A DNA stretch of 64,000 nucleotides from an uncultured Bacteroidales bacterium (GCA_963791065.1 CAWBQN010000001.1:3756-67755), one strand, 5' to 3'; counted from the first letter of the stretch, positions 1-10,385 are shown. Numbers and translations are program-made. The notes: generated by a model not told the origin, from the letters alone.

Positions 1-1282
1 AGGGGAGATGTCGCGCAGCGACAGAGGGGTCCTCTCTCACCACGAATCTGACTGTACTTCTGGTTCTCTGCTCCAAAAGTATCTCGCGTCCTTCGGTTAT
101 ACAATCAAGTGCTTCCGATGTGTAGTGCCTTACAGACAGCATTTCTACATTTTCATTATATATAGCTGAGTATTCAACTTTAAGATCGCTTATAAGAGAA
201 TCGACCTTTGGCCGTTCATCATCAACGCAAACATCTATGCTGACAGCACTTGCCTCTACAAGATTTACTTTTATGCCATGAGTGGTAAAAGTATGAAAGA
301 TCCTGCCCAGGTTATCGCCCATCACAAATGAAAAGTCTTTTGGGAGAATTGAGATAAGTATCTGATCCTCTTTCTTAATATAAACCGGCATAATTTCCCT
401 AAGGGTTGCGTCTGATTTAATAACAGTACCAGTCACCAGGGGTGTGAGGAAGGATCGTACATACAGGGGTATGTTTTTATTGTGCAATGGCTTGATTGTT
501 TTCGGATGAATCACTTTTGCACCAGAAAAACTCATTTCAACGGCTTCTTTATATGATATCTCATCAAGCTTCCGTGCATTCTGAAACCATTGTGGATCGG
601 CATTAAGAATACCCGGAACATCTTTCCATACCACAACACATTCTGCATCAAGCATGTTGGCAATGATTGCAGCAGTATAATCTGATCCTTCCCTTCCGAG
701 AGTTGTGGTAAAACCGGTAACTGTTCCTCCTATGAAGCCCTGAGTAACATAAATGCTTTCCTTTCTGAAATCAAAGATGCTTCGCAATCTGTTTGTGCTT
801 TCATTCCAGAGTACATTTGCATCCCTGTACCTGTCGTCAGTAAGCAGGTTTTCTCTTATATCGCACCAGCAGACATGTGGTAAGCTTTTGCTCAGATATT
901 CTGCAACTATAATTGTTGACCATATTTCTCCAAAGGATACAATCTGGTCATACTCAAAATCGTATTGCCCTTTAGATGTTCCTAACAAATAGTCGTGCAG
1001 CTGCATAAAAGGGAGATCTATCTTTCCTTTGGCTTCTGAATTTGGTCCGAAAAGATCCGTAATAACTGATAAATGGCTTGAATAAATTTCATCCAGAAGA
1101 TCATTATAAATATTCTCACTTTTCAGCCATGCCTTCAGAACTTTCTCAAGTGCATTTGTGGTTTTTCCAAAGGCAGAGACAACAATAACCAGATTATCAG
1201 ACTCCTTCTTAACAATATTCTCAAGATTCCTTATTCCTTCTGCATCTTTAACTGATGCCCCGCCGAATTTATAAACCTTCAT
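1..1282 (-). CDS. lysC: aspartate kinase; 3' end runs off the window
   Basis: Own minus-strand translation from the ATG at 1282: MKVYKFGGASVKDAEGIRNLENIV..VVSAFGKTTN..TLGREGSDYTAAI..VWKDVPGILNADP. Open to position 1 with no stop. Absent from the ORF track because it is edge-truncated. Confidence 0.85.
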   Translation of the reverse strand, partial: MKVYKFGGASVKDAEGIRNLENIVKKESDNLVIVVSAFGKTTNALEKVLKAWLKSENIYNDLLDEIYSSHLSVITDLFGPNSEAKGKIDLPFMQLHDYLLGTSKGQYDFEYDQIVSFGEIWSTIIVAEYLSKSLPHVCWCDIRENLLTDDRYRDANVLWNESTNRLRSIFDFRKESIYVTQGFIGGTVTGFTTTLGREGSDYTAAIIANMLDAECVVVWKDVPGILNADPQWFQNARKLDEISYKEAVEMSFSGAKVIHPKTIKPLHNKNIPLYVRSFLTPLVTGTVIKSDATLREIMPVYIKKEDQILISILPKDFSFVMGDNLGRIFHTFTTHGIKVNLVEASAVSIDVCVDDERPKVDSLISDLKVEYSAIYNENVEMLSVRHYTSEALDCITEGREILLEQRTRSTVRFVVREDPSVAARHLP

Positions 1283-1380
1283 GATTCCATAATTTGGGAT
1301 AAAATTAAGATTTCCAGTCTATAACACAATTGCTGATATCAAATTCTTTCGTGAAATGCTGAAATCCTTTAACCACAAGC

Positions 1381-1552
1381 TGGAGATCCCTCGCTGACGC
1401 TCGGGATGACACGGCTTTAGTTTGGCATAAGGCAAGAAGTGGCGATTCGCAGCAGGATGTCTAAAATTCTGATTGGTGCCTCGAATCGCCACTTCTTGCC
1501 CCTTGTTGTCCCTGGATAAAGTGTCATCCCGAGCGTCAGCGAGGGATCTCCA
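1381..1552. repeat. family A nested inverted-repeat element, copy 1 (about 172 nt)
   Basis: The outer arm 1381-1412 (TGGAGATCCCTCGCTGACGCTCGGGATGACAC) is perfectly complementary to 1521-1552. The inner arm 1431-1449 (GGCAAGAAGTGGCGATTCG) is perfectly complementary to 1482-1500. A homologous copy lies at 38460-38627. Confidence 0.85.
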
Positions 1553-1640
1553 TCTTAATTAACAGTGTTATCTAGATATCGGTATGGTAAATGAACAAAC
1601 GTTAATTAATATTGTAACTGGTTTATCAGGTTGCATCAGT

Positions 1641-2657
1641 ATGGAGAATTACAAGGTAACTACTCTTAATGATTTTATTACTCTGAGACAGAAGGATTTT
1701 CCATATGCAAAAGGAGAGCTTTCCAGTCTGCTGACCCATATCGGCACTGCCGCCAAAATGGTGAATAAAAAGATTAATAAAGCGGGACTGGTTGATATCA
1801 TCGGAAGTGCCGGAGAAGTAAACATCCATGGGGAGAATCAACAGAAGCTCGATGTTTATGCTGATGAAGTATTTATTGGCGCGCTTCTATCCAGCGGGGA
1901 ATGTTGCGGTGTCGCTACAGAAGAGAATGAGAATGAAATTGTATTTTCAGAAACATTTGCATCAAAGGGGAAATATATAGTTTGTATGGATCCCCTCGAT
2001 GGTTCGTCTAATATTGATTTTAATGTCTCAGTAGGAACAATTTTTTCAATCTACAGGAGATTGTCACAACGCGGAGAAAAGGTAAGAAATGAAGATTTTC
2101 TTCAGGAAGGATCAAAACAGGTTGCAGCGGGCTATATTGTCTATGGTTCATCTACAATGCTTGTTTATTCAACAGGCAATGGAGTAAACGGATTTACCCT
2201 GGATCCTTCAATCGGTGAATTTTGTCTCTCTCATCCCTGCATTAAGACACCTGAAGACGGATCGATATACTCAGTGAATGAGGGTAACTATATACATTTT
2301 CCTGACGGAGTAAAAAAGTATATTAAATATTGCCAGGAGAAAGATAAAAAAACCGGCAGACCATATTCATCGAGATATATAGGTTCACTTGTTTCAGATT
2401 TCCACAGAAATCTGCTCAAAGGGGGTATTTTTCTTTATCCGCAAAATGAAAATGCCCCGGGCGGAAAATTAAGACTTGTTTATGAATGTAATCCAATTGC
2501 ATTCATTGCATCACAGGCAGGTGGTACAGCTACCGATGGCAAACGGGATATATTGGAGATAACCCCATCCGCTCTTCATCAACGGTCACCGTTTTATGCA
2601 GGGTCAATAAACATGGTAAGAATGGTTCAGGAATTTCTCAATGCAAATCGCAGATGA
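1641..2657 (+). CDS. fbp: fructose-1,6-bisphosphatase class 1
   Basis: ORF 1584..2657. Motifs [36 protein letters not shown] and NEGN fit class I FBPase. Compared with Bacteroides-type N termini, the ATG at 1641 ([13 protein letters not shown]) is the likelier start. Confidence 0.92.
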   Translation: MENYKVTTLNDFITLRQKDFPYAKGELSSLLTHIGTAAKMVNKKINKAGLVDIIGSAGEVNIHGENQQKLDVYADEVFIGALLSSGECCGVATEENENEIVFSETFASKGKYIVCMDPLDGSSNIDFNVSVGTIFSIYRRLSQRGEKVRNEDFLQEGSKQVAAGYIVYGSSTMLVYSTGNGVNGFTLDPSIGEFCLSHPCIKTPEDGSIYSVNEGNYIHFPDGVKKYIKYCQEKDKKTGRPYSSRYIGSLVSDFHRNLLKGGIFLYPQNENAPGGKLRLVYECNPIAFIASQAGGTATDGKRDILEITPSALHQRSPFYAGSINMVRMVQEFLNANRR

Positions 2658-2692
2658 TCCTTTTCTGAATATTATCTCAACAACAAAGCCAT

Positions 2693-2700
2693 TATCTTTG
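2693..2700 (+). promoter_or_regulatory. candidate Bacteroidota -7 promoter box (TAnnTTTG) for mfd
   Basis: TATCTTTG lies 45 nt upstream of the mfd ATG. Confidence 0.4.
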
Positions 2701-2744
2701 CGAATTCATTTTGCAGTATTAATTTCGTCCCCTTAATTGTCTTC

Positions 2745-5700
2745 ATGAAAGAAAACCAGATCAGCGATCACTATAAAACCCATCCGGTTCTTCCGGGTCT
2801 GGTTGAAATAATTAATGCCGACAAGCTAAAGAAGATCCGCATTGAAGGACTTTCAGGTTCATCAAGAGCAATGGTTTTGTCATCAGTCTTTAATAAAACC
2901 CAGACAACCCATCTTGCTATTATCCCTGAGAAAGAAGATGCTGCCTATTTTTATAATGATCTGGTTTCAATCCTGGGCGACGAATCCGTCTTCTTCTTCC
3001 CGTCTACATATAAAAGATCGGTCCAGTATGAGCAAACCGAACCCGCAAATATTGTTCTTCGCACCGAAGTCCTTAATCACCTGGCTTCAGGAAAAAGGAA
3101 GGGAATTATAGTAACCTATCCTGAATCGGTTATGGAAAAAGTGGTAAGCAGAAAAAATCTTAAGAAAAACACTTTCAATATTGGTAAAGGAGATAAAATA
3201 TCTCTGGAGTTTCTGGAAGAGATGCTGCGTGAATATAATTTCACAAGAACCGATTTTGTTTACGAACCCGGGCAATATTCGATAAGGGGCAGCATTGCCG
3301 ACGTATTCTCTTACTCAGCCGACCTGCCTTACAGGATAGACTTTTTTGGTGAGGAGGTAGAAACAATCAGATCATTTAATACCGATGATCAACTCTCTGT
3401 GAGTATTCATAAACAAATCTCCATTATACCAAATATACAGGACATTTCAATTGAGGAGGTCAATGATTCCTTTACTGACTTCTTACCTCCGTCGTCAGTG
3501 ATCTGGATCGAAGATGCTGATTATATAAAGGAGAAGATCAACAATATTTATTTTCAGACTTCCCAAAGAGAAGAATCGGGGCAGATCGCCGACAAAAAGG
3601 ATATTGTATTGACGGGTAATCGTTTTCTCGATAATTGCTTGCAGTTCAGGATTATTGAGTATGGAAAACATAGCTTGTTTGAACCTGATTCCACACTTGA
3701 ATTCCATACAGAATCTCAACCTGTTTTTAATAAGAATTTTGAACTGCTAACCGGAAAGCTGTTATCGAACAATGCAGAAGGCTATGAGACTTATATTATT
3801 TCTGAGAGCGAATCTCAGATTGAAAGGTTAAGGGAAATCTTTGCAGAAATCAATCCTGAAGCTCACTTTAATTCACTGTTGCTAAATCTCCACAGCGGAT
3901 TTACGGATCACGATCTGAAAATTTCGGTATTTACTGACCATCAGATATTTGACAGGTATCATAAATTCAGGATACGCGGGTATTTTACACGAAAAGAGAG
4001 TATTTCAGTTAAAGAACTTACAGGCTTGAATCCGGGAGATTATGTTGTTCATATCGATCATGGGATCGGTAAATTCGGTGGACTGGAGAAAATTGAGGTT
4101 AACGGCAAGATACAGGAAGCTATTAAGCTTGTTTACAGGGATAATGACATACTTTATGTGGGGATTCATTCTCTTTACAGAATATCAAAATACAAAGGAA
4201 AAGATAATTCCGAGCCAAAAATTTACAAACTTGGATCAGGTGCATGGCAGAAATTAAAGCAGACCACCAAATCGAGAGTTAAGGATATTGCAAAAGATCT
4301 TATTCACCTGTATGCGAGAAGAATGGCCTCTGCCGGCTACTCTTTTTCTCCTGATTCATATCTCCAAAGAGAACTTGAAGCTTCATTTATCTACGAGGAT
4401 ACTCCTGATCAGCTTACTGCTTCAACTGCTGTTAAAAATGATATGGAAGCGCCACATCCCATGGACAGGCTCGTTTGTGGTGATGTAGGTTTCGGCAAAA
4501 CTGAAATAGCTATCAGGGCTGCGTTTAAATCGGTTTCCGACAGCAAGCAGGCTGCGGTACTTGTGCCAACAACCATTCTAGCCTTTCAGCATTATAAGAC
4601 ATTTACTAACAGGCTAAAGGGATTTCCCTGTAACGTTGAGTATATCAGCCGTCATAAGAAGCCCGCTGAACAGAAAAAAATTCTTTCACAATTATCTGAA
4701 GGCAAAATAGATATTATTATTGGTACCCATAAACTCGTGGGTCAGGATGTTAAATTTAAGGACCTTGGTCTGCTGGTAATTGACGAAGAACAGAGATTTG
4801 GAGTCTCAGTAAAGGAAAAGCTTAAAAAGATAAAAGCAAATGTCGATACACTTACTCTGACAGCGACCCCGATTCCAAGAACACTTCAGTTTTCACTGAT
4901 GGGAGCCCGTGATCTTTCGATAATTAATACTCCTCCTCCCAACAGGATGCCGATTGTGACTGAATTACACGGGTTTAATGAAGAGATAATAAAGGAAGGC
5001 ATTGAATATGAAGTGTCAAGAAACGGGCAGGTTTTCTTTATTCATAACAGGGTCGAAAATATCAAACTGATTCAGGCCCAGATAAACAGGATCTGCCCGA
5101 ATGTTAAAACTGCAATTGTGCACGGCCAGATGGATGGAACCCATATCGAAAATGTTATGTTTGATTTTATCCAGGGCGATTATGATGTCCTACTTGCTAC
5201 AACTATTATCGAATCGGGGCTTGACATTCCCAATGCCAATACTATTTTCATAAATGATGCTCACCACTTTGGTCTGTCAGAACTGCATCAGCTAAGAGGC
5301 AGGGTAGGACGATCAAACAAAAAGGCATTTTGTTACCTGCTGGCTCCACCGTTGAGCACTCTCACCCATGAAGCCAGGCGAAGACTAAAGGCGATAGAAG
5401 AATTTTCGGAACTCGGCAGCGGTTTTAATATTGCAATGCAGGACCTTGATATAAGAGGCTCGGGAAATCTTCTGGGCGGCGAACAAAGCGGATTCATTGC
5501 GGATGTTGGATTTGAAACTTATCAGCGCATACTCAATGAAGCCCTGCTTGAATTAAGAGATTCGGAGTTCGGAGATTCTAGATCATCCGAAGACAATGTA
5601 CAAATTAGCAGGAATCCAGTACAGGAAAAACAATACATATCTGATTTTCAAATTGATACTGATCTTGAGATTATGTTTCCCGATGAATATATTTCAAATA

Positions 5701-6155
5701 TTTCAGAACGGATCAGGTTATATAAGGAGCTGAATGAGATCAATTCGGAAGAAGCATTATGTTCTTTTGAAAAGAGACTGATTGACAGATTTGGCAAAAT
5801 TCCACCACCTGCACAGTCGCTTCTCGATATTGTAAGAATAAAGTGGATTGCCATTAAGATTGGTATTGAAAAGATCCTGTTAAAGAATAATCTTCTCATC
5901 GCAAATTTTGTTTCTGATCCAAATTCCCAGTTCTACAGGAGCTCACTTTTTGTTTCAATAATGAATTATGTAAACAGGAAACAAAAGAAGATGAGTATGA
6001 AACAAAAAGCTTCAAAACTGAGCCTCACAATCAATGATGTAAGCTCCGTAAAAACAGCAATTCAGGTTCTGAATGAAATACTGGAGTCTCACCAGGGAGG
6101 CCCGCAAACGCCCCTGATAACTAATGGCCCCCCAACCCCCGTAAAAGGGAGCTAA
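2745..6155 (+). CDS. mfd: transcription-repair coupling factor Mfd
   Basis: 1136 aa. It has the CarD-like region GDYVVHIDHGIGKF, DEAD/helicase motifs GDVGFGKTE and VIDEEQRFG, and the TRG region. The last roughly 20 codons (GGPQTPLITNGPPTPVKGS) read into repeat B1. Confidence 0.95.
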   Translation: MKENQISDHYKTHPVLPGLVEIINADKLKKIRIEGLSGSSRAMVLSSVFNKTQTTHLAIIPEKEDAAYFYNDLVSILGDESVFFFPSTYKRSVQYEQTEPANIVLRTEVLNHLASGKRKGIIVTYPESVMEKVVSRKNLKKNTFNIGKGDKISLEFLEEMLREYNFTRTDFVYEPGQYSIRGSIADVFSYSADLPYRIDFFGEEVETIRSFNTDDQLSVSIHKQISIIPNIQDISIEEVNDSFTDFLPPSSVIWIEDADYIKEKINNIYFQTSQREESGQIADKKDIVLTGNRFLDNCLQFRIIEYGKHSLFEPDSTLEFHTESQPVFNKNFELLTGKLLSNNAEGYETYIISESESQIERLREIFAEINPEAHFNSLLLNLHSGFTDHDLKISVFTDHQIFDRYHKFRIRGYFTRKESISVKELTGLNPGDYVVHIDHGIGKFGGLEKIEVNGKIQEAIKLVYRDNDILYVGIHSLYRISKYKGKDNSEPKIYKLGSGAWQKLKQTTKSRVKDIAKDLIHLYARRMASAGYSFSPDSYLQRELEASFIYEDTPDQLTASTAVKNDMEAPHPMDRLVCGDVGFGKTEIAIRAAFKSVSDSKQAAVLVPTTILAFQHYKTFTNRLKGFPCNVEYISRHKKPAEQKKILSQLSEGKIDIIIGTHKLVGQDVKFKDLGLLVIDEEQRFGVSVKEKLKKIKANVDTLTLTATPIPRTLQFSLMGARDLSIINTPPPNRMPIVTELHGFNEEIIKEGIEYEVSRNGQVFFIHNRVENIKLIQAQINRICPNVKTAIVHGQMDGTHIENVMFDFIQGDYDVLLATTIIESGLDIPNANTIFINDAHHFGLSELHQLRGRVGRSNKKAFCYLLAPPLSTLTHEARRRLKAIEEFSELGSGFNIAMQDLDIRGSGNLLGGEQSGFIADVGFETYQRILNEALLELRDSEFGDSRSSEDNVQISRNPVQEKQYISDFQIDTDLEIMFPDEYISNISERIRLYKELNEINSEEALCSFEKRLIDRFGKIPPPAQSLLDIVRIKWIAIKIGIEKILLKNNLLIANFVSDPNSQFYRSSLFVSIMNYVNRKQKKMSMKQKASKLSLTINDVSSVKTAIQVLNEILESHQGGPQTPLITNGPPTPVKGS

Positions 6156-6224
6156 TTCCCACAATTTTAGAAAATTATACTCAAAAATCGTGGATTAACC
6201 CCCCTTTAGGGGGGCAGGGGGGCG
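6126..6224. repeat. family B C-run/G-run mini-hairpin element, copy 1
   Basis: GGCCCCCCAACCCCCGTAAAAGGGAG, then an AT-rich spacer, then AACCCCCCTTTAGGGGGGCAGGGGGGCG. Same architecture as 25043-25143, 38311-38395, 44859-44930 and 59351-59425. Confidence 0.7.
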
Positions 6225-6246
6225 AAATATTTTTTACTTTTGCATT

Positions 6247-6969
6247 ATGAATCTTATAGTTGACATAGGAAATACCAGTACAAAACTCGCGGTCTTTGAT
6301 GGTAAGACAAAGCTGTCTCAAGCCCGGATCGATGAATTGACCTGTGAAGAGATTGAGAAGGACCTGAGCGGATTAAAGATACAAAAAGCTATTGTCTCAA
6401 CTGTCAGAAGGCTATCTCCGCTGATATCCGAGCTTTTCTTTTCCAATATCCCGCTCGTTCATGTACTTTCATATAAATCGCTGCTGCCTTTCAAAATTGA
6501 TTATGACACTCCGGAGACACTGGGACCGGATCGCATAGCAGCAGTAGCAGGAGCTTTCAATATGTTTCCGGGCGAGGAGGTACTTGTGATTGATGCCGGC
6601 ACTGCTATTACATTTGATTTTCTCTCGGGCTCAGTGTATAAAGGAGGCAATATTTCTCCCGGTTTAACAATGAGATTCAAAGCCTTAAACAAATTTACAT
6701 CTAAATTACCGTTGATTTCATCAATTGAGAGCTTCACTTTTCCCGGGCGAAATACCACTGACGCAATATTGGCCGGAGTGATTACCGGGATCACTTATGA
6801 AATAAATGAGTATATTCGCACGTTTGAGAATAAACATGCTGATTTCAAAATTATACTTACAGGCGGGGACAGTGAATTTCTTAAGAACAAAATCAATTAT
6901 CATATTACATATATGCCTGATATTGTGATTGATGGTTTAAATTATATTCTGGAATACAATGCGAAATAA
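6247..6969 (+). CDS. coaX: type III pantothenate kinase
   Basis: 240 aa. MNLIVDIGNTSTKLAVF and GPDRIAAVAGA are typical CoaX/Baf motifs. Confidence 0.9.
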   Translation: MNLIVDIGNTSTKLAVFDGKTKLSQARIDELTCEEIEKDLSGLKIQKAIVSTVRRLSPLISELFFSNIPLVHVLSYKSLLPFKIDYDTPETLGPDRIAAVAGAFNMFPGEEVLVIDAGTAITFDFLSGSVYKGGNISPGLTMRFKALNKFTSKLPLISSIESFTFPGRNTTDAILAGVITGITYEINEYIRTFENKHADFKIILTGGDSEFLKNKINYHITYMPDIVIDGLNYILEYNAK

Positions 6970-8239
6970 GCTTATACCTATCATTTATATTTCTCTGTTT
7001 GTCTTTGCCTCCACAGCATCAGGGCAGAAACTTATCAATACACCTTATTCAAGATTTAACCTGGGCACTCTTCAACCTGAAGGATCATTCAGGAGTCTGG
7101 GGATGGGTAATGTCGGAACTGCCATGAGAGACAACAGCTCGATATACTTCTCGAATCCCGCATCGTACAGCAGCCTCGATACATTATCGTTTATTTTTGA
7201 TTTTGGTCTTGATTATGGCAGGAATACATTATCTGACGGAACCTCAAAATTTTCATCCGAAGATGTGACATTTCATCATCTCATTATGGCTTTCCCTCTG
7301 TCCAGAGGCTGGGGACTTGCTTTAGGTATCATTCCAGTGAGTTCAGGATATTATCAAATCACCCAGACTGTTACTTCGGCTGATCCGGGATATGATCCAA
7401 GCGTTGGTAATTACACTATAAATCACGATGGCGACGGAGGTATCACCAAATTTTTCATAGGTTCAGGGCTTCGGATCACCAGGAACTTTTCAATTGGAGC
7501 CAATATGACATTCCTATCAGGGATGCTGAAAAGAGACAATTCGTTTATTTTTTCTGATTTTTATAATGTCTTCAATAATAAGAGTGAAGAGAATTTGCAG
7601 ATTAACGGTATTGGTTTTGATTACGGGATACAATATACAGCTTCCCTTAAAAATAATTACTTTCTTAATATCGGTGTCTCACTTAGTGGCGGTACTAATT
7701 ATCCTTCAAAATATAGCCAGATATCAGTAAGATATACCGCATTTGGAATAACCGATACTGTCTCATATGTACCATCTAACTCTGCAAAAACCTTTATTCC
7801 TTCCACTATAGGTCTTGGTGTTTCATTCGGTAAGAAAAATAAATTTACAACAGGTTTAGACTACGTGACAACAAATTGGTCGGCTTCAAAAATTCCGGGC
7901 TCCACAGGTTATGCAGCCGACACCAGGACGCTGCGTTTGGGAGCTGAATACATCCCTGACAAATTTTCTAATTATAGCTATATAAGCAGAATCGAATATC
8001 GTATTGGTGGTCATATTGGAGATAATTATTTAATTATCAATGGGTCACAGCTGAAGGAATATGGTGCAAGCTTAGGGATCGGCCTTCCGCAAAAATTAGG
8101 TACAAAGACGAATCTGTTCGTCGATTTTACCAGGAGGATGGGCTCTGCAACCAACAGTTTTCACTCTGAAGACTATCTTACAGCAGGGATAAGCATTAAC
8201 TTTTATGACTTCTGGTTCGTCAAAAGGAAGTATGATTAG
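6959..8239 (+). CDS. predicted outer-membrane beta-barrel protein of unknown function
   Basis: 426 aa with a signal peptide (..FASTASGQ). It has an N-terminal GMGNVGTAM..NPAS motif typical of Bacteroidota OM barrels and an alternating beta-strand pattern. It overlaps the end of coaX by 11 nt. Confidence 0.6.
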   Translation: MRNKLIPIIYISLFVFASTASGQKLINTPYSRFNLGTLQPEGSFRSLGMGNVGTAMRDNSSIYFSNPASYSSLDTLSFIFDFGLDYGRNTLSDGTSKFSSEDVTFHHLIMAFPLSRGWGLALGIIPVSSGYYQITQTVTSADPGYDPSVGNYTINHDGDGGITKFFIGSGLRITRNFSIGANMTFLSGMLKRDNSFIFSDFYNVFNNKSEENLQINGIGFDYGIQYTASLKNNYFLNIGVSLSGGTNYPSKYSQISVRYTAFGITDTVSYVPSNSAKTFIPSTIGLGVSFGKKNKFTTGLDYVTTNWSASKIPGSTGYAADTRTLRLGAEYIPDKFSNYSYISRIEYRIGGHIGDNYLIINGSQLKEYGASLGIGLPQKLGTKTNLFVDFTRRMGSATNSFHSEDYLTAGISINFYDFWFVKRKYD

Positions 8240-8294
8240 GAATTTCCGAGGTTATGATAATTAATCTGACGGATAAGAATATCACCTGGATTAT

Positions 8295-8861
8295 ATGAGT
8301 AACTCTTCATTAAATTACAGAATCCACCCGGCTGCTATCGCATTACTTATTCTAAGCATGACTTTTCATTCTTGTGAAAGCAAGATGCCTGTCCTTCCAA
8401 AATCGGACCTGCTTACACTTCCTTCGCTTACTTCAAGGGACTTTACCACCGTTCTGGATGACTCAGGACGTGTTCAGCTAATTATGAGTTCACCTCTGCT
8501 TGAGCAATACGAAAAAGCAGATCCTCCGTATTCTGAATTCAGGGAGGGAATAAAGGTGGTGGTTTACAATGGCAAGGACACTCCGCAGGTAAGAGTTACT
8601 GCAAAATATGCCAAATGTACGAACAATAATCTGTGGGAACTCAGAGATAGTGTTGTGGTTGTTAATGAACAAAATGAAAAGCTTGAGACTGAACTTTTAT
8701 TCTGGAACCAGGAGAAAGATCTTATCTATACTGACAGGTTTGTTAAGATAACCACTGAAAATGAGGTGATGCAGGGAATAGGTTTCGAATCTGATTCCCA
8801 TCTGACTAAAAGAAAGATAAAGAAAGTCACTGCTGATATCTATCCACCGGATGAGAAATAG
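8295..8861 (+). CDS. lptC: LPS export periplasmic protein LptC-like
   Basis: 188 aa with an N-terminal anchor or lipobox (..TFHSC). The OstA/LptC-like beta-jellyroll sequence includes LFWNQEKDLIYTDRFVKITTEN. The coaX-barrel-lptC-hemolysin gene order is typical of Bacteroidota. Confidence 0.6.
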   Translation: MSNSSLNYRIHPAAIALLILSMTFHSCESKMPVLPKSDLLTLPSLTSRDFTTVLDDSGRVQLIMSSPLLEQYEKADPPYSEFREGIKVVVYNGKDTPQVRVTAKYAKCTNNNLWELRDSVVVVNEQNEKLETELLFWNQEKDLIYTDRFVKITTENEVMQGIGFESDSHLTKRKIKKVTADIYPPDEK

Positions 8862-9039
8862 CTCGCTGCTTGCTCTTGAAATTATCTGGATTGCTACAGG
8901 TATTCTTTGTATAGCTGCGGGAATCAGGTCCGCGATTATAAGCGGAAGCAGTAAAATCCCTATCTTTGCAGTAATGGCTCTGATCTGTTTCGTCTTCGCA
9001 TGGCTAAGACACCGGCAAAGGAAAAAGAGCCAGATTTGA
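8851..9039 (+). CDS. small two-TM membrane protein (hypothetical)
   Basis: 62 aa with two hydrophobic helices and a basic tail (RHRQRKKSQI). It fills the lptC-to-hemolysin gap and overlaps the lptC stop. Confidence 0.35.
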   Translation: MRNSSLLALEIIWIATGILCIAAGIRSAIISGSSKIPIFAVMALICFVFAWLRHRQRKKSQI

Positions 9040-9042
9040 TGT

Positions 9043-10302
9043 ATGAATGTTATTCTGATAATACTTCTTGCTATAATTTTGTCAGCTTTCTTTTCCGGTA
9101 TGGAAATCGCTTTTGTAGCGTCCAACAGATTGCGGATTGAACTTGACAGGAAACAGGGAGTATTTGGTTCAAGCATTATAAAATTATTCACAGACAATCC
9201 CGGTCAGTATATTGCAACAATGCTGATAGGGAATAATTTTTCACTGGTTATTTATGGTCTGGTTTTTTCTAAAATACTTGGAGCATTACTCACACCACTG
9301 CTGAACTCAGATCTTCTTGTACTTATAATAAACACGATCCTTTCAACTGCTATCATCCTGCTTGTAGCAGAGTTTCTGCCCAAGACAATTTTCATTATCT
9401 CACCTAATTTTTTCCTAAAGTTTCTGAGTGTACCTACTTTGATCTTCTTCTTCCTGTTTTACCCGGTAAGCAAATTTACACTCGCAGCTTCAAATCTTTT
9501 CATCAGGATATTTTTCAAAATTAAACCGGGAGAAAAAAAACAGGAGAATCTTGTTTTCAGCAAGGTCGATCTCGACCATTTTGTTAACCTCAGCAGTCAG
9601 AGTAAAGAGGAATCGGAGCCTGATCATCGTGATATCAGGATATTCCAGAATGCCCTTGATTTTTCAAATGTAAAACTAAGAGAGTGCATGATCCCAAGGA
9701 CTGAAATCGAGGCGGTTGAGCTCGGAACTTCTGTGGCGCAGCTGAAAGAGAAATTCGTCGAAACCAGACTTTCCAGGATACTTATTTACCAGGATACAAT
9801 TGACAATATTAGCGGTTATTTTGAACTGAAAGATATCTTCAGAAATCCTTCAGATATAAAATCTATGATACGGAAGCTCGCAATTGTACCTGAAACGATG
9901 CCAGCCAATAAACTCCTCAAGCTTTTCGTGGATGAGAAAAAGAATATTGCGCTTGTGGTGGATGAATTCGGAGGAACATCAGGTATGGTAACCATAGAGG
10001 ATGTTCTGGAAGAGATAGTGGGTGATATCGAAGACGAACACGATACCACTGACCTGGTTGAGAAGAGTACCGGTGTTAACGAATATATTCTTTCCGGACG
10101 TTTCGAGATTGATTACCTTAATGAAAAATATCACCTCAATCTGCCTGAGGCTGATGATTATGAAACACTTGCCGGCATGATTCTTTTTTATCATGGCAGT
10201 ATCCCCGTAAACAATGATGTCATCCGGATCAACAATATCACAATCAAAGTTCTAAAGGCTTCAACTACAAGGCTTGAGCTGGTGAATCTGAAAATAGAAT
10301 AA
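9043..10302 (+). CDS. CNNM/DUF21-CBS-CorC_HlyC hemolysin-family protein (GldE-like)
   Basis: 419 aa with four N-terminal TM helices and a CBS pair (ECMIPRTEIEAVE..). The CorC/HlyC C-terminal domain includes DEFGGTSGMVTIEDVLEEIVGDIEDEHD. Confidence 0.85.
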   Translation: MNVILIILLAIILSAFFSGMEIAFVASNRLRIELDRKQGVFGSSIIKLFTDNPGQYIATMLIGNNFSLVIYGLVFSKILGALLTPLLNSDLLVLIINTILSTAIILLVAEFLPKTIFIISPNFFLKFLSVPTLIFFFLFYPVSKFTLAASNLFIRIFFKIKPGEKKQENLVFSKVDLDHFVNLSSQSKEESEPDHRDIRIFQNALDFSNVKLRECMIPRTEIEAVELGTSVAQLKEKFVETRLSRILIYQDTIDNISGYFELKDIFRNPSDIKSMIRKLAIVPETMPANKLLKLFVDEKKNIALVVDEFGGTSGMVTIEDVLEEIVGDIEDEHDTTDLVEKSTGVNEYILSGRFEIDYLNEKYHLNLPEADDYETLAGMILFYHGSIPVNNDVIRINNITIKVLKASTTRLELVNLKIE

Positions 10303-10385
10303 AAAGACCATTACATCCAAACACCAGAATAATTTTAGTGCTAATTCATCCAGTAAGGAATCCTGTCAAATATTGATTTTTAAAA

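Noticed and set aside
6235-6242. TACTTTTG promoter-like box before coaX
   Set aside because: It ends only 5 nt before the ATG, so it cannot serve as a -7 box for that start. It is probably a chance match in T-rich sequence.
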